A stretch of DNA of 64,000 nt from Octopus bimaculoides (lineage: Eukaryota), in assembly GCF_001194135.2 (NCBI RefSeq), contig NC_068981.1, forward strand, positions 57,275,121 through 57,339,120, given 5' to 3'. The translations under genes were made by a program, and so were the position numbers. Numbering within the stretch: the first letter of the stretch is position 1; each line of letters starts with the position of its first letter. Below the pieces are notes generated by a model. The model made no database searches and was not told where the DNA came from. It saw nothing but the letters and a program-made list of their open reading frames with translations. Below are positions 52,916 to 64,000 of the stretch, piece after piece.

Positions 52916-54051
52916 AATGCAGTTTTTTCAGTTGCATGAACTAAAAGTTGGAGAGGGATAGGATAAACTACCTGCATCAACTCTCAACTCGCTATAAAAG
53001 CAGGGAGTAATTTTACCTTATGCTTATTCTTAGTGCAAATTTTGAAGAGTGTAATTCAATTTTAACAATTAATTTTTCAAAGCTATAAAGGAAATGACAA
53101 AGGAGCATATTCAGTATATTTTTCTTTATGAGTTCACTAAAGGTAACAATGCAACAGAAAGTGCAAGGAATATTAATGCAGTATATGGGGATCAGACAAT
53201 AACTGTAAGGCAGTGTCAATGATGGTTCCAGAAATTCTGAGCCAGAAACTACAGCCAAGAAGATAAGCCTCATCCTGGAAGATTTACAGAGCTCAATAAG
53301 GACATCCTGCAAACCCTGGTATAACAAAATCCTATCATAATTGTTGAGGAACTAGCAGAGTTCCTCACAAACTTTCCAAGTTTAATTGCACACAGAGAGT
53401 GAATATGTGCTCTTCTTTGCTGTCACATCTCACGAATGAACCTTTTTTGGATCAAATAGTGACTGGTGACGAGAAATGGGTTCTCTATAAAAATATCAAG
53501 TGTCGAAGACAGTGGGTAGGTAAAGGAGAAACACTGGTACTCCAGGCTAAATAAGTTCTTCACCCACATAAGGTAATGTTACCTGTTTGATAAGATGGTC
53601 CACTTTGAACTTTTAAACCCAAGCCAAATTATAACAAAGGAGATCTACTGCAATCAGCTCGAGCGGCTTAAGTCAGTGCTAGAAGAAAAGCGACCGTCTT
53701 TGGTTTGAAGACGAAAGGTGTTCTTCCATCAGGATAATGCTCAGCCACATACAACAAGGATGACATTCCAAAGACTGGAGCAGTTTAAATAGGAAACGAT
53801 GCCCCACCCACCATATTCACCAGGTATTGCTCAATCTGATTATCATTTATTCCGCAGTCTTCAAAATCATTTGAACAGAAAAAATATGAATTCTGTAGAC
53901 AAGGTCAGAACAGTACTGGAAGATTATTTTTTGTCACAGACTAGTGAATTTTGGAAGGCGGGGGCCTTGCGAGTCTACCAGATAGATGGAAGAGCATTCT
54001 AGAAAATGAAGGAGAGTATATTTTAGACTAAAAAAAGAACTTTGTTTACCT
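52916..54051 (+). mobile_element. Second copy of the DD34D mariner family (pseudogenised; left end in a gap, right TIR not found)
   Basis: Colinear with 6177-7385. It contains VTGDEKWVLY, HQDNAQPH and PHPPYSPGIAQSDYHLF, with 34 residues between D2 and D3. There is an internal deletion at about 53360, and the right end is replaced by a family-C repeat. Confidence 0.88.
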
Positions 54052-54054
54052 TTG

Positions 54055-54485
54055 TTTCCATGCTAGCATGGGTTGGACGATTTGACTGAGGACTGGTGAA
54101 CCAGATGGCTACACCAGGCTCCAATCTGATTTGGCAGAGTTTCTACAGCTGGATGCCCTTCCTAATGCCAACTGCTCCGAGAGTGTAGTGGGTGCTTTTA
54201 CGTACCACCGGCACTAGGGCCAGTCAGGTGGTACTGGCAATGACCACACTCAAAATGGTGTTTTTTACGTGCCACCTGCACAGGAGCCAGTCCAGCGGTA
54301 CTGGCAATGACCTCGCTCCAATGTTTTTTCACGTGCCACCGGCACAAGTGCCAGTAAGGCGACGCTGGTAACGATCACGCTCAAATGGTGCTATTTACGT
54401 GCCACTGGCATGGAAGCCAGACAGCTGTTCTGGCAATGATCACGCTCGGATGGTGCTCTTAGCACTCCACTGGCACAGGTGCTAG
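54055..54485 (-). mobile_element. Family C element with an internal array of about 65-bp repeats
   Basis: The tail segment is near-identical to the reverse complement of 27026-27110. It is followed by about 4.5 units of TTTTACGTGCCACCGGCAC...CTGGCAA(T/C)GA(C/T)CACGCTC...ATGGTG (54194-54485). Confidence 0.78.
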
Positions 54486-54814
54486 TCATCGAATTTGGTT
54501 AGTCATCAACATATTTAGTTTTGATCTTGAAATATTATATAAAACTTATTGTTCTGCAGCAAGGTATGTAATTCTGCTTATGTATTTGTTATTAAATTTA
54601 CAAATTTACATGCCTACAAATCCTATCTAGTCTATCTAACAAGAAAATATGTAAGTTTTGACTACACAGAGTTGAATGAGAACCAACAAGGTTAAAATTA
54701 CTTTCATGAATTGTATCAACATATTCTTTGTGAGGTTTTTAATCTGAAAATTGTTTTAGAACAAGAATAAATATTGTTGTCATCATGATAATTTTTATGC
54801 CTTCTCCTTGTTTG

Positions 54815-55000
54815 GATAGTAATGGATGGGTCTTCTCTTGCATAATCTCTCGCTATTTGTTGTAAACTCTTGTCATCTCTTTCATGAGATTCAGCTTCTT
54901 CAGATTAGTTTTCAAGCCTTTTTCATATTCTTCTTCAGTCTTCCTCATCTAGGATTGCTTGATACTTCTTTGCCTAGTTGCCATCCTAGAATTATATTTC
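54815..55000 (-). pseudogene. RTE-clade LINE 3' remnant
   Basis: The minus strand reads ..GRLKKN..LKTNLKKLNLMKEMTR..GAGAAGACCCATCC, homologous to 23300-23450. Confidence 0.55.
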
Positions 55001-58000
55001 TTGGTCGTGTTATAAGAGATTGAACAAAAAGTACATACACATTCAGTAAATCATCATGATGGCATTCATGATGCCTCTGTTTCAGAAATGTCGGGAAAGA
55101 CAGTCTACAAAATGTAAATGATGTTTTGTAATAGCTGTTGTTTAGCACCAAGTCTGTCTTGGTTCAATAGACATAAACAAATGAATTCTAGCTGTAGCCA
55201 CTCTTGTCTTTTTCCTTCCTTATTTGGATATGATAGTGTGCTATTTGGTTGCTACTTCTACCAGGTCAAACAACCCTTGTCGACTTAAAACTTGAAACAG
55301 CTTTTTTTGTTGTTTATGCTGATTGTCAGCAAGAAAATCAGATTTTCCCTACTTTGATTACATACATAGTCCAAATTTACTAAAATTGTATTGATCTATA
55401 TGTTTGGGGCATCACTTTCTTTTTAATATATGTCTGCTGTGGGTAAATTGCTGTTTCAAGAGAAAAAATAAACACAAGAAATCTAAGTAAGCTATGTACT
55501 TCTTTTAGTAAGATGAGTTAATTTGATATCTGTGATATCTACTTCATGTAGTGAGGCTGACTTCAGCTTGAACAAAATAACTGTCACAGTGAATTTCTGC
55601 TGATAATCAAAATCCTATTTTGCTTGACACTATTGTTGATATACTGTGTTAAAACTAAATGTTTGTTATTTCTGTTGCATCACTAAGAATAGGAATGTAT
55701 ATTTGATAAAACAGTTAAAATAAAAATAGGAACCCACTTTTCCTACTACCATGTCTTGATGTTCTATTCCTTCCCTGTTGGAAGATATGTAAAAAAAAAA
55801 TTGTAAATAAAACTGGGAGGTCTATTTTATATTTATTTTCCTCTCTTCTGGCAAATATCATAAGATAGAAATGAGATAGTAATGTATGTCAGCTAAAGCA
55901 ATAGGTGGTCTTAAATGATACCTCCTGGGTAGGCTTGCATGAAAACTGGCCTGAAACTCTATATCCACTGGGAAAAAGATCTAGATCCCTGGTTTGCAAT
56001 ATGAGCTTTATCTGAACTGATGCATAAATCAGGCATCCAAGCCAGCTCACTGGGTGGCCATCTTTCTTGTCCAGAGGGATTCAGCTTGTGAGAAATCTTT
56101 TCTTCTCAATACGTCTTTCCCTGAAAATACTTTACTTTTTAACCATTACATTTTATAACACCTGTCAGCTTGGGTTTGTTCTAAAAATAATTATATTTTG
56201 AATAGGTTTCTTTCTCTTTAACTGTCAAGAATATGAATCTAAAGTGAATGAAGTCACTCCTGTTGAAAAGTTATGTCTTTACTATGCAAAGTATATATAG
56301 TGATATTTATAACAATATATGCAAAGACATATTTTATAATAGTCATATCAATTGATATCTCAATTAGTTATTCCCACCAGTAAATAGCAAATTTTATCTA
56401 AAAATTGGTCTAATGAGTTCTATTAATTTTTTCTTTGTTTTTCTGTATTTGAAATTTTTACCTATTTTGTTCATATACTTCAATTATATTTTTAAATACA
56501 TGAAAATTATATTCTTTATTCATACCAGTTTCCAGGGTTTTCACTAGAAATAATTCTGAATTTGTGAATGCTTGACACCTTGGATAAGTTTCTTAAACTA
56601 TATCCCCAAATCAATCAAAGCCTGAGTGGATTGGTAGACAGAAACTGAAGAGAGAGAGAGATGTGTGTGTATGTGTGAGTGTATCTCTGTTTGCATTTCG
56701 TCATCTAATCAGTGTCAATCATTTCTAATATTCTGCAAGAATATTTCTGGTCAAAGAGAAATATTACCTTCAAGTGAAGGTCAGTGACAGGAAGGATGTA
56801 GCTGTAGAAAATCTGCCTCTGTGAACTCCATCCAACCCATGCAAGCATGGAAAAGTGGACATAAAGTTATATATATGTGCAGGGTGTCCCAAAAAGATGT
56901 ACTCACTCTTTGACAGACGATTACTAATGTATTGTTTTTTTGTGATGTACGGGCTTACCTCGATGCAACAAATCCAAACAGACCTCTTTTAACTCCTGTG
57001 TTTTACCATTTTGCCCAGTGAATATTCATTGGAAAATTTTAATGATATTTAATTTAATCAAACTTTATCCTACAGAAAAAGTGTTAAAAATATGCTCAGT
57101 AAAATCAACGTTAGGAAAAACTTACTACTTCATTGAGTTTCACTATTTCCATCTGAAACAAATTTTATTAAAAAAAAATATTCGTTTAATGACCTTAGCT
57201 TAAAAAGATATAGTTTTATGAAATCAGCATGAAAACAAGATTTGCATCAAACATCATTATTGTAACAAACACAATTACTAATTCCCAAAGTGACAGCCCC
57301 CTCTACTCAATCAGCACATTGCTTGCTTATATCATAACATATAATATCTGTGGTGGTAACTACTTATTAGAATGTTTTTGTTTTATGGGACTTGTAATAC
57401 CATTTTTGGAAATATAATTAGAAATTTTTTTATTTCATATAAAATTAAAATTAGCTGTCATTCAATTAGAACTTATTTGATTTATGACCTTTGTAATTTT
57501 GGCTAACTTGGTTGTAACTCAGGCAGCATTCATATTTTTCTAAATATATCTTTTATGAAGTGGAAATTTGTTAACCTGAAAACAAAGAACTATTCAATCC
57601 ATAGCAATCCATAGCGGTTGTGATTGTTAAAAACATTTCTAATCAATCACCTTTACTTCCTTCTCTTTGGCAGAATTTTTTTTTTTTTTCTTAATATTTT
57701 GGCAAATGTTTTAAATTTATCAGTGCACCAACATCCAAAATTTCATACTGTTTCCTATAGTTAAATATGCAAACTTGACATCTTTGTTTTCATCTTCACA
57801 TATTTATCATGTCCTTCAAATTTTGCAACTATTTCATGAAGATAATTTTCTTGTTTCTTTTGATTTTCCTCTTTGATTTACCATTTATAAGGTCTAATTT
57901 TCTGTTGACTTTGCTCAGTAGCTGGTGTGATTAAAATTTTTAAGGTCCTATGTTTATACGTCATAAAACCCCCAAATATTTTGTAGTTGGATTTTATACA

Positions 58001-58172
58001 AAATATATTATTGTTTCCATATATTTTTTAAAGTTTCTGGGAGCATTTTTGCAGCTTTAACTTGGGAATCTGTGTATCAGGAGTTTTATGTTCTCTTTAT
58101 TTTCTCAAACCTTATTAAAATTATAAATTTTGTATTTTAGACGTTTAAGTGACTTAGCTTGTTCTTTTGCAG

Positions 58173-58429
58173 AACACTCCGATGATTTAGTTTGTGATAT
58201 GGACCTGAGTGAGCCCAGTGGCTCTGCTACACCATCATCATCTTGTTCATTAGATCATGGTGGTCAGAGTCCAAGTGGCATGAGTGAATCTCCAGCTTCT
58301 CCAGGAGTTGAAAATATCTCTCCAGACCAGCTCCCTTTCAGCATTGGAATTTCTGAAACAAATCCTTATGGTTGTCCACATTGTGACAAAGCATTTCCTC
58401 GTCATAGTTACCTGAAGCTACATGAACAA
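58173..58429 (+). CDS. ZNF423: Internal coding exon of a multi-C2H2 zinc-finger transcription factor, ZNF423/ZNF521/Oaz-like (Ser/Pro-rich linker plus first half of a finger)
   Basis: The acceptor CTTGTTCTTTTGCAG ends at 58172 (phase 1) and the donor CAA|GTAAGT lies at 58430-58435 (phase 0). The frame is open: EHSDDLVCDMDLSEPSGSATPSSS...ETNPYGCPHCDKAFPRHSYLKLHEQ. From memory, human ZNF423 has [23 protein letters not shown] and ZNF521 has [23 protein letters not shown], both also preceded by a Ser-rich linker. The exon call is strong. The orthology rests on one finger recalled without a database search. Confidence 0.8.
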
Positions 58430-59306
58430 GTAAGTCCACAACTGATGTAATTTATTCTACAATATGATATCCTTCTAGAAATAATTTCATGATATATATG
58501 TATGTATATATATTTATATATATATAAAATCATATATAAAATTAGCTGTTTTGTGTAAGTACAAAGTAAACAGCAGGTTTGAGTTTTACTTTACAACATG
58601 CGACTTTAAGTGTCATTCTTTCTTACATTGTGGCCTCAATTCTACTTATTTTCTCTAAAGCATAGTTCATAATCACTTTGTTGTTTATACTCCACTCTCT
58701 GAGTCCAAATCCCAGAAAAAGCAGCTTTTCATTTTATCTTTTTTTGAGGTCAATTAAAAAGTACTGATCCAGAGCAGTAGAGTAATAGAAATGTTTGAGG
58801 GTTGGGTAAGATGATTTGTGATATCTCTTCCAACTTTTTACATTCTAACAAGAACAGCCGTGATGACACTGGCGAGAGGCTGTATTGGCTCCAGGCCTGC
58901 ACATACATGTATAGAAGAATGGTCAACCTTGGACATTGGTGGTTCCCATATATGTGTGTGTGTCATTTAACATCCATGTTTCGTGCTGACATGAGTTGGA
59001 CGCTTTGCCAGGATCTGATGGGTCCAAGGACTGCATTCCGTCCCATGTCATTTTGACATGGTTTCTATGGCTGAATGTCCTTCATAACACCAACCACTTT
59101 ACAGCATGTACTGGGTGTTTTTTTTTTTTTTTTGTGCTCCCAGCATTATTTAGATTGACATGCAGCTTGCAAGACTGTGAAATCCAAGGAAGGGTGGACA
59201 GCTTTATACCAGCAGAAGAGGAGTTAAATTAGGAGAGGAGGTGGGACAGAGCAGTTTCTTTTTGAGAAACTGCTTGGCTACTCATATATATATATATATA
59301 TATATA

Positions 59307-60079
59307 NNNNNNNNNNNNNNNNNNNNNNNNNNNNNNNNNNNNNNNNNNNNNNNNNNNNNNNNNNNNNNNNNNNNNNNNNNNNNNNNNNNNNNNNNNNNNN
59401 NNNNNNNNNNNNNNNNNNNNNNNNNNNNNNNNNNNNNNNNNNNNNNNNNNNNNNNNNNNNNNNNNNNNNNNNNNNNNNNNNNNNNNNNNNNNNNNNNNNN
59501 NNNNNNNNNNNNNNNNNNNNNNNNNNNNNNNNNNNNNNNNNNNNNNNNNNNNNNNNNNNNNNNNNNNNNNNNNNNNNNNNNNNNNNNNNNNNNNNNNNNN
59601 NNNNNNNNNNNNNNNNNNNNNNNNNNNNNNNNNNNNNNNNNNNNNNNNNNNNNNNNNNNNNNNNNNNNNNNNNNNNNNNNNNNNNNNNNNNNNNNNNNNN
59701 NNNNNNNNNNNNNNNNNNNNNNNNNNNNNNNNNNNNNNNNNNNNNNNNNNNNNNNNNNNNNNNNNNNNNNNNNNNNNNNNNNNNNNNNNNNNNNNNNNNN
59801 NNNNNNNNNNNNNNNNNNNNNNNNNNNNNNNNNNNNNNNNNNNNNNNNNNNNNNNNNNNNNNNNNNNNNNNNNNNNNNNNNNNNNNNNNNNNNNNNNNNN
59901 NNNNNNNNNNNNNNNNNNNNNNNNNNNNNNNNNNNNNNNNNNNNNNNNNNNNNNNNNNNNNNNNNNNNNNNNNNNNNNNNNNNNNNNNNNNNNNNNNNNN
60001 NNNNNNNNNNNNNNNNNNNNNNNNNNNNNNNNNNNNNNNNNNNNNNNNNNNNNNNNNNNNNNNNNNNNNNNNNNNNNNN
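59307..60079. other. Largest assembly gap
   Basis: N-run. The other gaps are 4623-5103, 7151-7160, 14811-14988, 19439-19715, 23907-23916, 28033-28042, 34638-34647, 37295-37466 and 52775-52915. Most abut microsatellites. Confidence 0.99.
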
Positions 60080-60120
<41 letters not shown>

Positions 60121-60464
60121 TTTTCCTTACTTATATAAAAAATATTGTTAGTAGGTTTCATTCAAAGTCTTATAGTAAGTAATCATATCTTATCCTGTTA
60201 TTTTTAATGACTACCCTTTGCTACAGTTATTTAATCAGAGTACTAGAGAATTATGTTAAGGATATCCTGTTGTTCCATATTCAATCCAAGTTAGCAAACC
60301 CTGATACCAATGCCTATTAAAGGGTTCCAAGAAATAAAGATTTCACAAAGAAAGTATGATACTAAATAGGAAGAAATACAAACCTGAGTGTACCACATAT
60401 TGAATTTTGTGCAAACCTGTTAATACTATATTCCCAATCCTAAAGATTTTTTTTTGTCTTCTAC

Positions 60465-61100
60465 TTGTTTCAATCATTGGATTGTGGCCATGCTGGGATA
60501 CTACTTTGAAGGGTTTAGTCAAACAAATTGACCCCATAACTTATTTTTAAGTCTGGTACTTATTCTACTGGTTTCTCTTGCCAAACTACTAAATTATAGA
60601 GATGTAAACACACCATCACCAGTTGTTAAGTAGTGGTAGAGCACAAATACAGACACACATATATATATATATATATGTGTATTAGTTTAACACTCAGGAA
60701 GTGAAAAAGTCTTTAATGTTTCGAGCCTAGGCTCTTCCACAGAAAGGAACACAGAAAGAAACAAGGAGAGAAAATAAAGAATGTGTAGTGGCTAGCAATC
60801 TATCATGGTGAAGCCTTCTTTCAATTTGTCTACCAAATCCACTCACAAGGCTTTGGTCAGCCCAAGGCTATAGTAGAAGGCACTTACCCAAGGTGCCACA
60901 CAGTGGGGCAAAACTTGGAACCATGTGGTTGGGATGTAGGCTTCTTACCATACAGCCTTCCACCGGTTTCCATCGACCAAACTCACTCACAAGGCACTGG
61001 TCAGCTCAGGGGTATAGTAGAAGACACTTGCCCAAGGTGTTGTGCAGTAGGACTGAACCCAAAACCACATGATTGCAAAACAAGCTTCTTAATCACATAG
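60465..61100 (-). mobile_element. SINE family A with Penelope-like cargo, followed by a second 5' half
   Basis: Tail at 60465-60655, insert at about 60680-60805, head at 60815-60960, second head at about 60961-61100. Confidence 0.72.
60711..60746 (-). ncRNA. Degenerate minimal type-I hammerhead ribozyme motif in a Penelope-like fragment
   Basis: The minus strand reads CTTT-CTGTGGA-A-GAGC(CTAG)GCTC-GAAA-CAT-T-AAAG. The layout helix I / CUGANGA box / helix II / GAAA / short helix III / helix I is present, but the box and helix III are mutated. Confidence 0.5.
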
Positions 61101-61714
61101 TAAAAAGAGAAAAGAAAAAACAAGTCACATTTATCTGTAGAATTATTCACAGTCTTTCATAGACATATTCTGAGCCACATATTTAAACCAGTTCATGCAA
61201 ACATTAAGAGCACATGTACTACTCTCTTTCAATTTATCTCATTTATTCCCAATAACATACCAAACCTGTATACTCTAGGACAATTTCAGCTCAACAGATG
61301 GGATATGGAAAATTTACTATTTCTTACTTAACTAGAAGCTTGAGTGGCTGCTTGGTCTGCTAGAAATAGTACCCCAAATTTCCCTCAAAATATATCTGTT
61401 GCCTTCACAAAAAGGTCACGTTTTGTTTTATAATTTGGAATGTATTTTGTCTGGAGAAAAGACGGGGTGATTACAGTTGGAATTCTGTTGATCCTAGGTC
61501 TGTTCATTCAGTGCTGATCTATGTTAAATTAAGCATAAAAGTAAAGGCTTCCACTTACTATGATTGAAAGTTTCCTTCTTTTTAACTTTACCTAGAATAG
61601 CTGCTCTTTCTATATTTTCTAATCACATCCAATTTATTGATCACATCACTGACCAAAATCACTATGAAAAAAAGACAAATTGTGACAAATGTACATACTG
61701 CCCAGCACTTTTAA

Positions 61715-61931
61715 CAGTTTTGTTAACATATTTCTGTCAAAACTCACAGCCTTTATTTCATTTAAATTTTTAAATAATGGAGAATTTAGTAAAATAACTT
61801 TGTCATTATGAAGCTAGTATTTAGGACACAAATTAATATGGAATTTTAATAGAAAGTTTTAAGCTCACTTTAAAATGAGAAGTTTGTATCCTAGAACCAG
61901 AGGCAGTATCAGCAGGTTGTTATCAAAAGGG
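61715..61931. mobile_element. piggyBac-like MITE related to 49978-50197
   Basis: Shares GAATTTAGTAAAATAA and AGCTAGT with 49978-50197 and ends AAAAGGG|TTAA. Confidence 0.55.
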
Positions 61932-62610
61932 TTAATGTTTTTAATCGTTTCTGCTAGCTCCACTTGTAATAATTTCTAAACTGTATTGATCGTGTTATAT
62001 CCATTTACTACTGTTAATGCTCTCTCCCATCCAATTTTGCAGGAGCCTATACGTGATCACTCAATCTGCTAGAAATACTCTCCAACTCTCTCTCAAATAA
62101 CACCCTTCTCCCTTTAATAAAAATAAACACATTCAATATAGCTGAATAAAAGATGGGATGATCAATGCTTGAACATCTTTAGATTTGCTTGATTAGAGTT
62201 AACAGAGCTAAATAAGAGCAATCACTCTCAATACTGTCCCTTTTCTTCATTAACTACATTCAAGATGTCCTTCATATTCAGTATATAAATTAATAAATTA
62301 ATTTATGGAAATTTTTTAATGCCTATCTAGATAGCTTTCTTTCTTTCCCTATTTATTTGTTTATTTATACCTTCCCTTTACAAGTAAGATCATGTTATTG
62401 CCAGCATAGTGCAAGAAAAGCTATAACAGTCCCTGTCCATTTGATGCGCTGTGTTGGAGTAGTAGGTAGAGGTAGGGTATGGGCTCTTTACTTTTGACTG
62501 AAGAGTTGATGCTTCACTCTGTCTATAGTGATATGTAACAAAACATGTTTCTTTAAGTAATTCTAAGATGCAACTTTGTTTGTAAATAACCAGCTTGTGT
62601 TTATTTATTT

Positions 62611-62654
<44 letters not shown>

Positions 62655-62812
62655 TTGCAAGTGTTATCATTTTTGGCCTTGAGTGGTAAAGAAGAAATCA
62701 TTTTTTGTAAACAATTAATTTTTACAATATTTACATACATGCACACACTCTCTCTCTCAAACACACACACACAACATGGAGAAGGTAACATAAATTTATC
62801 TTACCTTCTTGC

Positions 62813-62912
<100 letters not shown>

Positions 62913-63779
62913 CTCTCACTCACTCACTCATAACTACTGCCTCTATCACAAATCCTTTGAGCTTTTCTGTCATCTGTCAGTTCCTTATCTGCTGCTAATA
63001 CCAAATTACTTCTCACTGCAAGTCAGTTGTCAAAAATGATATCTATTTACTCACCTGAGATCAATCTAGATAACTGTAGTGTTCAAATATCTTCAAACTT
63101 ACTGGCAAGTGGATGGTGGGGAGCATCAACACATTGATTCAATTTTTCTTTTTATCTTTATTTTGTAGTTCCTATAACATGACAATTACACAAATTTTTA
63201 ACCAAATCATCACCTTAAAACGTTCTCTCTTTATTTTTTTTTGTTCTTTGTTTTTTTGTGGTGGTGGGAGTGTCATTGATTGTGTGTGGATGACTGTTGT
63301 TACAAGTGGAATGATGCCTTTGTATTGAATATTTACTGCTATTGCTGCTGTTGTTCTTGCAGTCTTGTACGAGTTACATTTCAGAACATTCACTGTTAAA
63401 ACAGTTTCAAATTTCTGATAACCATTTTAAGTATATTTAAGAAAAACCTCCCTGTGTTGCTTAGTAAACCTTTATGTGACATGTGTACTGCCACAACTTT
63501 GATCAGAGAAAATACACTGCAAAACAGAATGCGTGTGTGCATGTGTGTGTGTCATCGTCATCGTCATTTAACATCCACTTTCCATACTGGCATGGGTTGT
63601 GTGTGTGTGTATTTCATTATCATCATCATTCCATTTTTCCATGCTGGCATGAGTTGAACAATTTGACAGGACCCAGCTAACCACAGGGCTGGATGCACTT
63701 CCTAATACCATCCACCTTACTGCATGTACTGGGTGCTTTTTCATCCCGCCTGCTTTTTCCTTGCCATATTTGCATGCAT

Positions 63780-63816
<37 letters not shown>

Positions 63817-64000
63817 TTGGGAATGAGTTATCAGCAAGAGGAATTAGATAAATTGCTTTTGTTCAGATTATTTACACAGCTAATCCTCTCAGAAAAAGTG
63901 CAACTATCACAACATATTCCATTTACCTCTCTCTAAAGTTTACCACTTATTGATAGGTACAGATACCCCTGGTTGAAATTAAACATTTGATGTTTGAGAT

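Noticed and set aside
56880-56912. CAGGGTGTCCCAAAAAGATGTACTCACTCTTT, a Tc1-like TIR
   Set aside because: No partner TIR or transposase was found in the window.

Overview
This is AT-rich, repeat-dense eukaryotic DNA. The mix of SINE, RTE, mariner and microsatellite repeats matches what I recall from octopus (coleoid cephalopod) genomes, probably a short-read draft, with 10 N-gaps totalling about 2 kb. The species call is inference. Only one host coding exon is supported: 58173-58429 (+), a 257-nt internal exon ending in a split C2H2 finger (CPHCDKAFPRHSYLKLHEQ|) that resembles ZNF423/ZNF521/Oaz. The rest of the window is probably intron or upstream DNA of that gene. It holds DD34D mariners, a DD37D (maT) derivative, Tc1/mariner-, hAT- and piggyBac-type MITEs, four tRNA-derived SINE families plus an RTE-tailed repeat, RTE and R4/Dong LINE 3' fragments, and microsatellites. 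Nearly all ORFs in the supplied track are microsatellite, gap or repeat artefacts. I found no rRNA genes, true tRNA genes or CRISPR arrays. The most interesting observations are: a co-oriented 24-bp tandem array whose unit core matches the CTCF motif (11.7-12.2 kb); a unique CpG-retaining block (18.6-19.1 kb); a SINE family that repeatedly holds cargo at an internal microsatellite site, including a three-finger C2H2 fragment, a 175-bp hairpin and a degenerate hammerhead ribozyme; several fold-back structures; and an inverted pair of young SINEs. Family letters A-E are my own labels. All alignments and counts were done by hand.
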